Virus record (IMG/VR): IMGVR_UViG_3300026549_002453
From: a virus
Taxonomy: Duplodnaviria > Heunggongvirae > Uroviricota > Caudoviricetes
DNA length: 64,000 bases
Direction: 5' to 3' (one strand)
Shown here one piece after another: positions 30,683-40,077 of this stretch. Made by a program: the position numbers and the translations under genes. Numbering within the stretch: the stretch's first letter is position 1; the number at the start of each line of letters is the position of its first letter. The notes beneath the pieces were generated by a model. It did no database searches. It had not been told where the DNA came from and saw only the letters and a program-made list of their open reading frames with translations.

Positions 30683-31246
30683 ATGAATATATCAAAGCAC
30701 GCTGAAGAGCGCTATGCTGAAAGAATTATGTCCTATGATGAAAAGATAGATAGAAGCATATTTATTACCCAGCATAAAGAAAAGATAGAAAAAGACCTTA
30801 ATAAAATGAGAGAGTTTGGAGAGTTAATTTATTCTGGAAAATCTCTTAAAGAGAGTAACTCTAATATAGATATTTATCTCAAAGATACTTGGGTACTAAT
30901 AGTTGATAAAGATAAAGATTTATTAGTTACTGTATATAAAATTGATTTGCAGGTAGGCGAAGACTTTACTAAAGAGTATATTTCTAAGGTGCTTGATAAA
31001 TTGAGTGAAGCTAAGAAGGAATATCAAAATTCAGTAAAAGATATGGATAAACAAACCCAAACTTACAGGGAGCTCATAGCGGCCAATGACCTAGAAATAA
31101 CCAATTATCGAAAAATGGCAAAAACTCTAGAAGAACAGAATGAAGCTTATAAATCTTTAATTAGTCAATCTATAAATACTAAAAAGATATTAGATGAAAA
31201 GGTAAGGGAGACAGTAAAAATACTAACAGGCGGTAAAAATTGGTAA
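30683..31246 (+). CDS. hypothetical protein (ISKHAEERY N-terminus plus coiled coil)
   Basis: 187-aa ORF; N-terminus loosely recalls RelE/DUF4258-type folds. Confidence 0.65.
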   Translation: MNISKHAEERYAERIMSYDEKIDRSIFITQHKEKIEKDLNKMREFGELIYSGKSLKESNSNIDIYLKDTWVLIVDKDKDLLVTVYKIDLQVGEDFTKEYISKVLDKLSEAKKEYQNSVKDMDKQTQTYRELIAANDLEITNYRKMAKTLEEQNEAYKSLISQSINTKKILDEKVRETVKILTGGKNW

Positions 31247-31252
31247 AATAAG

Positions 31253-32101
31253 ATGATTACACAAGAACAATTTAACAAATTAACAGAGCAAAATAATGAA
31301 ATATTGACTAGAGAACAAGAGTACGATGTTTTTGAGTTTTATAATGCTAATAAAACAATAGAGAATAGAAATAAAATAGCTCTTAAAAATTATAAACTCA
31401 TATTTAAACCGGCATGGGAATATACTAGATTTGGCTCAGAAAGGGAAGACCTGGAACAAGAGGCTTTTCTAGGATTGTTACAAGCCATAGACAAGTTTGA
31501 TTACACCAAGGGGGTTAAGTTTAGCGTGTACGCTTATACTTGGTTTAATAGTTACTTACAAAAGTGTACCATAGATGATGGAATTATTCATATACCATTT
31601 AATATTATATGGCAATTAGAAAAAATGAAACGACTTAGTCGTGAGTATGAGGATAAGTATGGGGAAGGTCCTAGTGACATATATCTACTAAAAATAATGG
31701 GCATAGACAGGTCCGAGCTAGGTCTATTAAAACAATATGAAACAAGGACTGGTGTACTGTCAATGGACTATAGTTATAAATCTGATGATGGAGAAAGTTT
31801 AACCTTTCATAATTTTATATCGGATGAAGAACAAGAGATGGACAATCTTATAGATAGATTGGTAGCGGAAAATGTAGTAAATGTTATCCTCAAATATGTA
31901 CCCCAAGACAGAAGAGAGCTGATTGAAAGAAGGTATGGGTTAAATGGAAACCTGCCTCACACTTTTAAAGAATTGTCAGAGATATATAAAATAAGTGAAA
32001 CGGCCCTTAAGATGAAATTGAAAAGAGCTCAATACACAATACGAAGAAATCCAAAGATTAGAGCCATGGCAAAAGAGATTGCTGATTTAAATATACATTA
32101 A
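31253..32101 (+). CDS. RNA polymerase sigma70-family factor
   Basis: Region 2 EDLEQEAFLGLLQAIDKFDYTKGVKFSVYAYTW; region 3 IIHIP; region 4 RRYGL...TFKELSEIYKIS. Confidence 0.9.
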   Translation: MITQEQFNKLTEQNNEILTREQEYDVFEFYNANKTIENRNKIALKNYKLIFKPAWEYTRFGSEREDLEQEAFLGLLQAIDKFDYTKGVKFSVYAYTWFNSYLQKCTIDDGIIHIPFNIIWQLEKMKRLSREYEDKYGEGPSDIYLLKIMGIDRSELGLLKQYETRTGVLSMDYSYKSDDGESLTFHNFISDEEQEMDNLIDRLVAENVVNVILKYVPQDRRELIERRYGLNGNLPHTFKELSEIYKISETALKMKLKRAQYTIRRNPKIRAMAKEIADLNIH

Positions 32102-32119
32102 AATAGAAAGGAACAGCCT

Positions 32120-32610
32120 ATGATTATATTATCTGAACTATTAGCTATTCTTAGTAAAGACCTAAATATACTCTTTGTAGATGAGAATGATAACGAATAT
32201 ACTCTGTACACCTTACCAGTAGAACTATTAAACAGGTACGTTCAAATTATTTTGCCTGTTACTGACGGTATAGAGATAAGATTATTCGGAGAAGTTAATG
32301 AATATATAGTTGAGGATGGCTACGGAAACCATTTTGAGTATTGGACGGATGGTGAATATGATATTGCCAACATGCCTAACCATGATGTGGACAGTTCACG
32401 CTTGAACTAAGGGAGATGAAAATAATGAGAAACAAACCGATTTCTCAAGAAACAATCAACAAAAAGATTGATACTTGTGAATGGGCTATCAGAGCGTATA
32501 ACATACCTGTATGTCGTGCCCTCGCATCTCCTTGTACAAGAGTGATAGATAAGGGTCTCTGCCCTATGCTGATTGAATTTTTTAGTGGAAGTATAGAAGA
32601 AAAGGAGTAA
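32120..32610 (+). other. two small hypothetical CDS (32120-32410, 32416-32610)
   Basis: Co-oriented ORFs. Confidence 0.55.
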
Positions 32611-32613
32611 AAA

Positions 32614-33909
32614 ATGAAAAAGATAACTATTATATTATTCAGCTTAATCCTTTGTCTAGTTTTAGCTTCTTGTGGCAATAAAACGACATCGAATAATGAT
32701 AAGAGTGAACCCAGTCTTATAGAAGAAATTCAGGAAGAACCCTCAAACATTGAAGCACAAAAAGAGGAAAACATCTCAGAAGAAATTACGGAAGAAGAGA
32801 CTCTTTATTCTACATTACTAACAATATGTAAGAAACACGTTTCCCCAGACACAGATGAAAACAAAGTAAAAAACTTTGTGGAAGGTCTAAGTAAGGGGAA
32901 TTATACTTATCAGATAGTAAATACAGAAACAGGCGTATCTATTCCTTTTTCTCTATATGCTTTTGGCCCTAATGGAACGATGTATAAGGTTAACATGAGC
33001 CTTCTCGGTGATACTAGCAATTATAAGGTGAAGTATTACACGTATGACTGCCCGTATATTACTGGGCAAGGAAATAAGACTGTGGGGGTAACAAATCCAA
33101 GTAACCTTTTCTGGTACCGCTCTATAGATATTGAGAGTAGTAAAACCTCTGAACCTATTTATATTGGGCATATGGGTTTTAGTTATTGGGATTACACGGA
33201 TTTTGAGAACGATAAAGATAAGAGGGACATCATTATACAAAATGACACTATATTTTGGAAAAAATATGATTATAACCATGAATATGTAACATCTTATGAA
33301 ATACCTATTATGCTTGAGAATGAAGAGCTCGCATTAGAAATAGGTCTTTATTATCCTAATGACACAAAAGATATTATTGAACAAATAAGATTAGAAAGTA
33401 TAGAACCCGTTCAAGAGTTTGTAGGTGTAGATAATTTTGAATTTGATTTCCCAATTCATGGAAATGTTACATGGAAACACTGGATAAATCTAAAATACAA
33501 TAAATCTCCGAAGTACAAAATAACAAATGCTAACTTTGGTTACGGAGTAGGCGAAGGCGTAGGATTTGATATCAAGTCAGAAGACAATGAAAAACGCCTA
33601 AAGTTTTCATTTGAATTGATGCACGATGCCTATTTTAAGGGAACAATGGGCGGTGCTTATAACCTCACACTTAAAGATACATACAAAGATTGGTCTATAT
33701 ATGAATATAAAGACAATAATGACGGGCGAGACTTATTTGTAGTTTACGACGATACAGTTTTTAAAACCCCAACCGATATAGGTTCTATGGATGCACATCC
33801 TGTTGTACACGTAATACCATATACTCAAGAAACAATAGATATTGGGACAGTGTGTGAAATGTTAGAACAGTTCACTATTGCTATGGGAGATGAAATTACT
33901 AATGATTAA
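32614..33909 (+). CDS. lipoprotein of unknown function
   Basis: Lipobox LVLASC, acidic linker, 431 aa. Confidence 0.75.
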   Translation: MKKITIILFSLILCLVLASCGNKTTSNNDKSEPSLIEEIQEEPSNIEAQKEENISEEITEEETLYSTLLTICKKHVSPDTDENKVKNFVEGLSKGNYTYQIVNTETGVSIPFSLYAFGPNGTMYKVNMSLLGDTSNYKVKYYTYDCPYITGQGNKTVGVTNPSNLFWYRSIDIESSKTSEPIYIGHMGFSYWDYTDFENDKDKRDIIIQNDTIFWKKYDYNHEYVTSYEIPIMLENEELALEIGLYYPNDTKDIIEQIRLESIEPVQEFVGVDNFEFDFPIHGNVTWKHWINLKYNKSPKYKITNANFGYGVGEGVGFDIKSEDNEKRLKFSFELMHDAYFKGTMGGAYNLTLKDTYKDWSIYEYKDNNDGRDLFVVYDDTVFKTPTDIGSMDAHPVVHVIPYTQETIDIGTVCEMLEQFTIAMGDEITND

Positions 33910-34150
33910 ATGGATAAACGATATGATTACCAAGGAAAAGATTGACAAGCTACGAGAAAAGATTAAACCAGAAGTGGAAAAACTTATGATAGAGGAATTT
34001 CCTTTTGCGGTTGATGAAAATGGAAACTATCATCCCTTTATGGGTTCTTGTCATTCATTTTGGACATATGAGAAACAAATTCTAAAAGAAAGGTATAATA
34101 TTGACTGGAAAACTCCTGCAGAGGAGCACCCAGAAATACGATATGATTGA
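33902..34150 (+). CDS. hypothetical protein
   Basis: MGSCHSFW...W motif; couples to both neighbours. Confidence 0.6.
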   Translation: MIKWINDMITKEKIDKLREKIKPEVEKLMIEEFPFAVDENGNYHPFMGSCHSFWTYEKQILKERYNIDWKTPAEEHPEIRYD

Positions 34151-34922
34151 TATGAAAGATTATAGTACAATACAAAAAGATATAAAGTCTAACTGGACAA
34201 AGAAAGATGAAAAGAGAAGACAAGCAGTGGCACATCATTATAAGATGATGATTAACGAAGAAGAAGCTATAAAACTATCAGTTAGAGATAGTGATATACA
34301 TGGAGCTAACTTTTCTTTTCCTATAGATAAAGGAAATCCAGAGCATATATTTGTAAATACAGACACAGTTAGTGCTATTAAGCAGTTTAATACTGTTGAT
34401 ATGTGTGCTCTTAATTTTGCTTCATATAAGCATCCTGGTGGTGGTTTTCTTAATGGCAGTATGGCTCAAGAAGAAGCTCTCTGCCACGAAAGTACACTAT
34501 ATGAAGTATTATCTAATGAAAAATTTAATAAATACTATGAATGGAATAAGAAGCATTTAAATAATAGTTTATATCTTAATAGAGCAATATATAGTGAAAA
34601 TATAAAGTTTGATGATGTTTATTGTGATGTTCTTACGTGTGCTAGCCCTAATTGGGGTAGTGCTATGAAATATCACAATGTAAGTAAAGAAGAAAATAGT
34701 AAAGCATTAAGAGAAAGGTGTCAATACATAGCAGAAATTCTTAATTATCATAGCATTGATACTTTTATTACAGGAGCTTTTGGGTGCGGCATTTTCGGGC
34801 AGGACCCAGAAGAAGTTGCTAACATATGGAAAGATATAAATTGGGGAAATGTAGAAAAAGTAATATATGCCGTTCCTGGTGATAATGATAACGCTAAAGT
34901 ATTTAGGAGAATATTTGGATGA
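34143..34922 (+). CDS. macro-domain protein (TIGR02452-like, ADP-ribose-related)
   Basis: LNFASYKHPGGGFLNGSMAQEEALC, LTCASPN, GAFGCGIFGQDP. Confidence 0.85.
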   Translation: MIDMKDYSTIQKDIKSNWTKKDEKRRQAVAHHYKMMINEEEAIKLSVRDSDIHGANFSFPIDKGNPEHIFVNTDTVSAIKQFNTVDMCALNFASYKHPGGGFLNGSMAQEEALCHESTLYEVLSNEKFNKYYEWNKKHLNNSLYLNRAIYSENIKFDDVYCDVLTCASPNWGSAMKYHNVSKEENSKALRERCQYIAEILNYHSIDTFITGAFGCGIFGQDPEEVANIWKDINWGNVEKVIYAVPGDNDNAKVFRRIFG

Positions 34923-35530
34923 GAATACTCTTATTATCTGATACTCATTATCAATACACTTGGAAACATGTAGATGATATTTTTAAGACTAAATTTGATT
35001 ACTGTGTTTGTTTAGGTGATGTTGAAAATTTAATGATAAATTACTTGGCGGAGAAGTGTAAAGAACAAAATATTCCTATATATGTATTAGACGGCAATCA
35101 TGATAACTATATAAATTTGGAAAATGAATATGTAAACTTAATACACATGAAGTCTTTTAGATTAGGAGATTACAATTGCTTTGGTTTTGGAGGTTCATAC
35201 GCTTATAAACCTAAGAATAACTCAGAGATGCTATGGACTCAAGAAGATTCTATACAATTACTAAATAATATTGATAATGTTGACATATTGTTTACGCATG
35301 ATTCTATTAGTATTAATAAACTGAAATTCACTAATAGAAAACTAAGGAATATGTTGCTAAATACTTTTCTTAGTGCATATAATCATCCAGGTTTGATAGG
35401 AATAACTAATCTTGTCAAAAAATGTAATCCTAAATATCATTTTCATGGACATCATCACTGTAATCTTATATATAAGTATAAGAATACACAATGTCAATGT
35501 ATATACGGATTTAAAATAGTTGAAATTTAA
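34919..35530 (+). CDS. calcineurin-like metallophosphoesterase
   Basis: LSDTH, LGDV, DGNHD, FTHDS, FHGHHH. Confidence 0.9.
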   Translation: MRILLLSDTHYQYTWKHVDDIFKTKFDYCVCLGDVENLMINYLAEKCKEQNIPIYVLDGNHDNYINLENEYVNLIHMKSFRLGDYNCFGFGGSYAYKPKNNSEMLWTQEDSIQLLNNIDNVDILFTHDSISINKLKFTNRKLRNMLLNTFLSAYNHPGLIGITNLVKKCNPKYHFHGHHHCNLIYKYKNTQCQCIYGFKIVEI

Positions 35531-35543
35531 TGTGAAATTTTTG

Positions 35544-35592
35544 TTTACAGACTCTCCTTTTTATGATATAATAGTAATATCAAGAAAGGAGA
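35544..35592 (+). promoter_or_regulatory. phage promoter overlapped by an RBS-sequestering hairpin (second copy)
   Basis: TTTACA-N17-TATAAT with TCTCCTTT...TGATAT/ATATCA...AAAGGAGA; near-identical to 28230-28275. Confidence 0.75.
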
Positions 35593-35601
35593 TTTTTATT
35601 T

Positions 35602-35976
35602 ATGAAGATTTATTTAGAAAAAGCCCCCGAAGAAACAGGTGGCATTTCATATTGGGGAGTTAACGATAACGGATTGCATACTTGGGAAACTCAAGATTGT
35701 GCTACTGATTTAGATGCATTTAACAAAATAGTCGAAAAGTATCCCAGTAAAACACTTGAGAAAATTTTCTATACTTCTCCTGCTCAATATGAAGCCCGTA
35801 AAAAGAGAAATATTCGAGACTTTGGTACTGATTATTACTCTACAGAAATTTTAATAGAGTGTGATACAAAAGACCTACCAAGTATTACAACAGTAAAAAG
35901 TAATCTTGAAAAAGAAATTCACAAATTAACCAAAAAGATAGATGCTCTCAAACAACAACTTGATGCATTAAAGTAG
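35602..35976 (+). CDS. hypothetical protein
   Basis: 124-aa ORF behind the promoter/RBS cassette. Confidence 0.7.
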   Translation: MKIYLEKAPEETGGISYWGVNDNGLHTWETQDCATDLDAFNKIVEKYPSKTLEKIFYTSPAQYEARKKRNIRDFGTDYYSTEILIECDTKDLPSITTVKSNLEKEIHKLTKKIDALKQQLDALK

Positions 35977-36102
35977 GATAAATATAGTTAATAATAGGAG
36001 TAAAAATTATGGATATAATCACGGCGTTAAAAGAATTGGAATCTTCTTTGAAGGTGCATTCGTCTGTTACAACTATCTTCAGAAATGAGAGGTGAACGAT
36101 AA

Positions 36103-36917
36103 ATGAGTATGATTTTGCGTATAGAATATGACGTAGCAAGTTGTAAAGATTGTCCTCTGCTTGGCAGGGACGGTGTCAATTACACTTGCATGCTTATATG
36201 TTCTAAACATCTTGATTTTCTTATGTTAGACCAAAAAAGGGACGAAGAGTGTCCGCTTATGAATGTCGAGAACAGACAAAAGGGTAAGTGGATAGGGATA
36301 GGATACGACGGATACGCAGATGGAAATCCTGTATATGATGAGTGGGAATGTTCTAATTGTGGGCACGAGATAAAAACAGAGGACACTCCACCATATTGTG
36401 AAATGTGCGGAGCAAAAATGGAAATGACTGAAAATGAACCATTAATGACAAATAAAGAAGTAATTAACAACATGTCAACTGAAGAGTTAGCAAAATACTT
36501 ATTTAACAGAGGAAACTGTCAGGAATATTGTTATGGAATATGTGCTTTTCAAGATGATTGTGTGAATCCTTATGTCAAAGGAGAGGGTTTTTGTATAGAG
36601 CAAATATGTAAGTGGTTAGAATCAGAAAACGAGGAAGAATTAAGATGAGAGATAAGATAACAGAAATTTTAGAAGCAGAATTTTATAGTGTATATTGTGA
36701 TAACTGCGCTTATATATACGGACCAGAAGAAGAGGATTATAACCCTTGTGAAGATTGTCATAGAAAGAGTATGCGGTGGAGATTATCTCATGCATGTGCA
36801 GAAGAATTAGCGGATAAGATTCTTAATTGCATAAAAGAAGTTGAGGCTCAAGAACTGAAGGAACGCTATCAGGAATGTTTAGAAGTACTTGATAAAAAAT
36901 TAGAAGATTATATGTAA
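36103..36917 (+). other. two Cys-rich hypothetical CDS (36103-36648, 36645-36917)
   Basis: Multiple CxxC pairs; KGKW...CSNC...CEMC module. Confidence 0.6.
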
Positions 36918-36940
36918 AAGTTCACTTTGAGGGTAGATAT

Positions 36941-37957
36941 ATGGATTATAATTGTTTATTGGAATCAAAAGAATATGAGTTTTTAAGAACAAGTGAACAT
37001 TTAGGTAGTAATATTTGTATGATTGCTCTAGGTGGAAGTCATGCATATGGTACAAATATTGAAACTTCCGATGTTGATATTAGAGGATGTGCATTAAATA
37101 CAAAGGAAGAGATTTTAACAAATCAAAAATTTGAACAGTTTGTAGATAATGAAACGGATACCACTATCTATGGTTTTAATAAACTTCTTAAACTGCTTTC
37201 TAATTGTAATCCAAATACTATCGAAATTTTAGGATTAAAACCTGAACATTATTTATATTTGTCTGAAGAGGGAAAAGAACTTCTTAAAAATAGACACATG
37301 TTTCTTTCAAAGAGAGCATATTATTCATTTGGCGGATACGCTTACTCTCAGCTTAGAAGATTGGATAATAAGTCTATGAGAAAACTATCTCAGCCTGAAA
37401 AAGAACAACATATTCTTAATAGTATTTTTAATGCTAGTACAACATTTGAGGAAAAGTATTTTGAAGTACCTGAAGATGCTATTAAACTTTACATTGGAAA
37501 ATCTGAAACAGATGAGCTTGAAGAAGAAATCTTTATGGACATAACTTTAAAACATTACCCGCTTCGTGATTACAAAGGAATGTGTGCTGAAATGAATAAT
37601 ATTGTAAAAGAATATTCTAAACTTGGTCATAGAAATACAAATGCAATTAAGAGAGGAAAACTCAGTAAACATGCAATGCATTTAATTCGACTTTATATGA
37701 TGTGTCATGATATTTTAATTAATGAAGAGATTATTACATATCGTGATAAAGAACATGACCTTCTTATGGATATTAGAAATGGCAAATATTTGGATGATAA
37801 TGACCAACCAACAAAAGAGTTTATGGAAATGGTTGAGTATTACCAGGAAAAGGTTGCAAGAGCATATAAAATTTCTGATTTACCGCATTCTCCAAATTAT
37901 AATAAAATCAATAAATTTATAGCCGATATAAATGAAAAAGTTATTTTACGAGGTTAA
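36941..37957 (+). CDS. pol-beta-fold nucleotidyltransferase (RlaP/PF10127-like)
   Basis: GGSHAYGTNIETSDVDIRG, NCNPNTIEIL, KHAMHLIRL. Confidence 0.85.
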   Translation: MDYNCLLESKEYEFLRTSEHLGSNICMIALGGSHAYGTNIETSDVDIRGCALNTKEEILTNQKFEQFVDNETDTTIYGFNKLLKLLSNCNPNTIEILGLKPEHYLYLSEEGKELLKNRHMFLSKRAYYSFGGYAYSQLRRLDNKSMRKLSQPEKEQHILNSIFNASTTFEEKYFEVPEDAIKLYIGKSETDELEEEIFMDITLKHYPLRDYKGMCAEMNNIVKEYSKLGHRNTNAIKRGKLSKHAMHLIRLYMMCHDILINEEIITYRDKEHDLLMDIRNGKYLDDNDQPTKEFMEMVEYYQEKVARAYKISDLPHSPNYNKINKFIADINEKVILRG

Positions 37958-38039
37958 TTATGAATATGAGTAGTGGAAACACCTGTCCTACAGCAATTAT
38001 GTGGATATATGTATAAATTAATTTTTTAAAAGGAAATTT

Positions 38040-39440
38040 TTATAGAGTTTGCCAAGAAAAGGGGTAAGTCGTTAGCTTAGCACATGAATTGGCTTTTAAT
38101 TAATATTTAATTATAAATATCCTAAAAGAAAGGAGGTTAAAATGTTAGTACAAAGAACAGAGCAACACATTATAGATAGACAATCTAAGTGGTACAAAAC
38201 GCTTGAAGAATTATGTCATAAAGCTAAAAACACGTACAACCAAGGTAATTATCTTATTCGGCAGGAGTTTATTAAAACTGGCAAGTGGTTGAGATATAAT
38301 GAAGTTGATAAATTAATTAAGTATAGTGACGACAATGAAAACTATTATTCTTGGATTGCTAATGCAAATCAACAAGTGCTTCGCAGATTAGACTCAACTT
38401 GGAAATCATTTTTCAATAGTATTAAAGATTGGAAAAAGAATCCCACTAAGTATAACGGTATGCCCAAGTTACCTAAGTACTTAAAGAAAGATGGATTAAC
38501 CGAGTTTGGGTTAACTACTGTACAATGTAAATTGAAGAATGATAATTTAATACATTTTCATCAAGCAATGAAAGGGTTTACTATTCAACCACAGTTTATC
38601 TATGATGATAGACTCGTGCAGTTTAAGCATTGCAGAATAGTACCTAAAAACGATAGAATTATTGTTGAATTGGTTTACACTATTAATATTCCTGATTTTG
38701 TTAAAGAAACGGGTCCTATTGGAAGTATAGATTTAGGTTTAGATAACTTCGTAACTTTTGTTGATAATCTTGGAAATCACCCAATTATCATCAACGGTAA
38801 AGGTCTAAAATCATGTAATCAATATTACAATAAGCTTATTGCAAAAACAAAGTCAGAGTTGGATAGAAACGGTAATTCAAATAAGTATTCACACTTGTTA
38901 TATTCAATAACAAATAAGCGAAACGATAAAATTAAGCATTTTATGGACAAAGCGAGCAAATACATAGTTGAAAACTGTGTCGATTTAGGAATAAAAAATA
39001 TTGTAGTCGGTAAAAATGATAATCAAAAACAATATAACAAACTCAAAAACTTTGTTCAAGTTCCATATAATCTGTTTATTCAAAAGTTAGCTTATAAATG
39101 TCAAGAAGTTGGAATTGACTTGATTCTTACTGAAGAAAGCTACACTAGTGGGACAAGTTTTATAGATGATGAATTACCAATCAAAGAAAATTATAATATT
39201 GATAGACGGATAAAAAGAGGATTATTCAAATCAAATAATGGTAAGTTGATAAATGCAGATGTAAATGCGGCTTATCAGATAATGAAAAAGGTATTCTCCG
39301 ATGCTGTGAAGCCAGGAGATATAGGGTTAGTAATGAACCCAGTTCGGGTAAATCTTAGTTTCTAAGGTTGATAGAACAAAAAAAGACTGAAAGTGTTAAC
39401 AAAGATATAATTTGTATATATTTTTAACACTTGTTAACAG
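38040..39440 (+). mobile_element. non-autonomous IS200/IS605-type (IS1341-like) element; ends approximate
   Basis: tnpB without tnpA; subterminal palindrome AAGTGTTAA 39391-99 / TTAACACTT 39424-32. Confidence 0.6.
38142..39365 (+). CDS. tnpB: TnpB RNA-guided endonuclease (IS200/IS605 OrfB)
   Basis: N-terminal HTH, RuvC-I IDLGLDN, RuvC-II EESYTS, RuvC-III INADVNAAYQI; no CxxC zinc finger. Confidence 0.92.
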   Translation: MLVQRTEQHIIDRQSKWYKTLEELCHKAKNTYNQGNYLIRQEFIKTGKWLRYNEVDKLIKYSDDNENYYSWIANANQQVLRRLDSTWKSFFNSIKDWKKNPTKYNGMPKLPKYLKKDGLTEFGLTTVQCKLKNDNLIHFHQAMKGFTIQPQFIYDDRLVQFKHCRIVPKNDRIIVELVYTINIPDFVKETGPIGSIDLGLDNFVTFVDNLGNHPIIINGKGLKSCNQYYNKLIAKTKSELDRNGNSNKYSHLLYSITNKRNDKIKHFMDKASKYIVENCVDLGIKNIVVGKNDNQKQYNKLKNFVQVPYNLFIQKLAYKCQEVGIDLILTEESYTSGTSFIDDELPIKENYNIDRRIKRGLFKSNNGKLINADVNAAYQIMKKVFSDAVKPGDIGLVMNPVRVNLSF

Positions 39441-39513
39441 TTTTTTATATTATTAATAAATTTATGGCGTATATTAATGAAAGAATTGTATTAAAGGAAT
39501 AGTAGGAGGAAAT

Positions 39514-39942
39514 ATGATATTTAATGTGCCGATTATAACAATAGTGGGGTTTGGTTGTTTATTTGTGGTTATCACCTTTGGAATCTTTGTATTAAACCCT
39601 GCGGAGATGTTTAATGCAAAGCGTGAAAATGAAAAGTTTGTGAATTTAATGCTCACCATAATTGCATTTATAATAATATTTGGTAGTATAATCTGGTGGT
39701 ATAATGGAACCGAATCTGGAAAAAGAAGCGCAAAGACATGGCAATCAAATATAGATAGCGGTATAACAAGAACTGTTAGAGTATATGATATGGACGGAGA
39801 TTTACTTCAAGAATATACAGGAAAGTTTGATATAGATTTTAGTGATAATGAAAGAATTCTCTTTGACGATGAGGAGGGTAATAGACATGTGATATACTTT
39901 AAAACGGGAACGGTTATAGTTGATGAGGTAGATGATGAGTAA
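39514..39942 (+). CDS. membrane protein of unknown function
   Basis: Two TM segments plus a soluble C-terminus; AGGAGG RBS. Confidence 0.7.
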   Translation: MIFNVPIITIVGFGCLFVVITFGIFVLNPAEMFNAKRENEKFVNLMLTIIAFIIIFGSIIWWYNGTESGKRSAKTWQSNIDSGITRTVRVYDMDGDLLQEYTGKFDIDFSDNERILFDDEEGNRHVIYFKTGTVIVDEVDDE

Positions 39943-40077
39943 GAAAAAGGTAGCATTAGCAGCAGGATTAACAAGTGTAGGAATAGTAGGTATTTCATTA
40001 TCAGTTCTTATGTTTAAACTTGCTAAGATAGTATATGATTTAGAAGATTTTGATGAAATGTACTTTAGTGATTTTTA

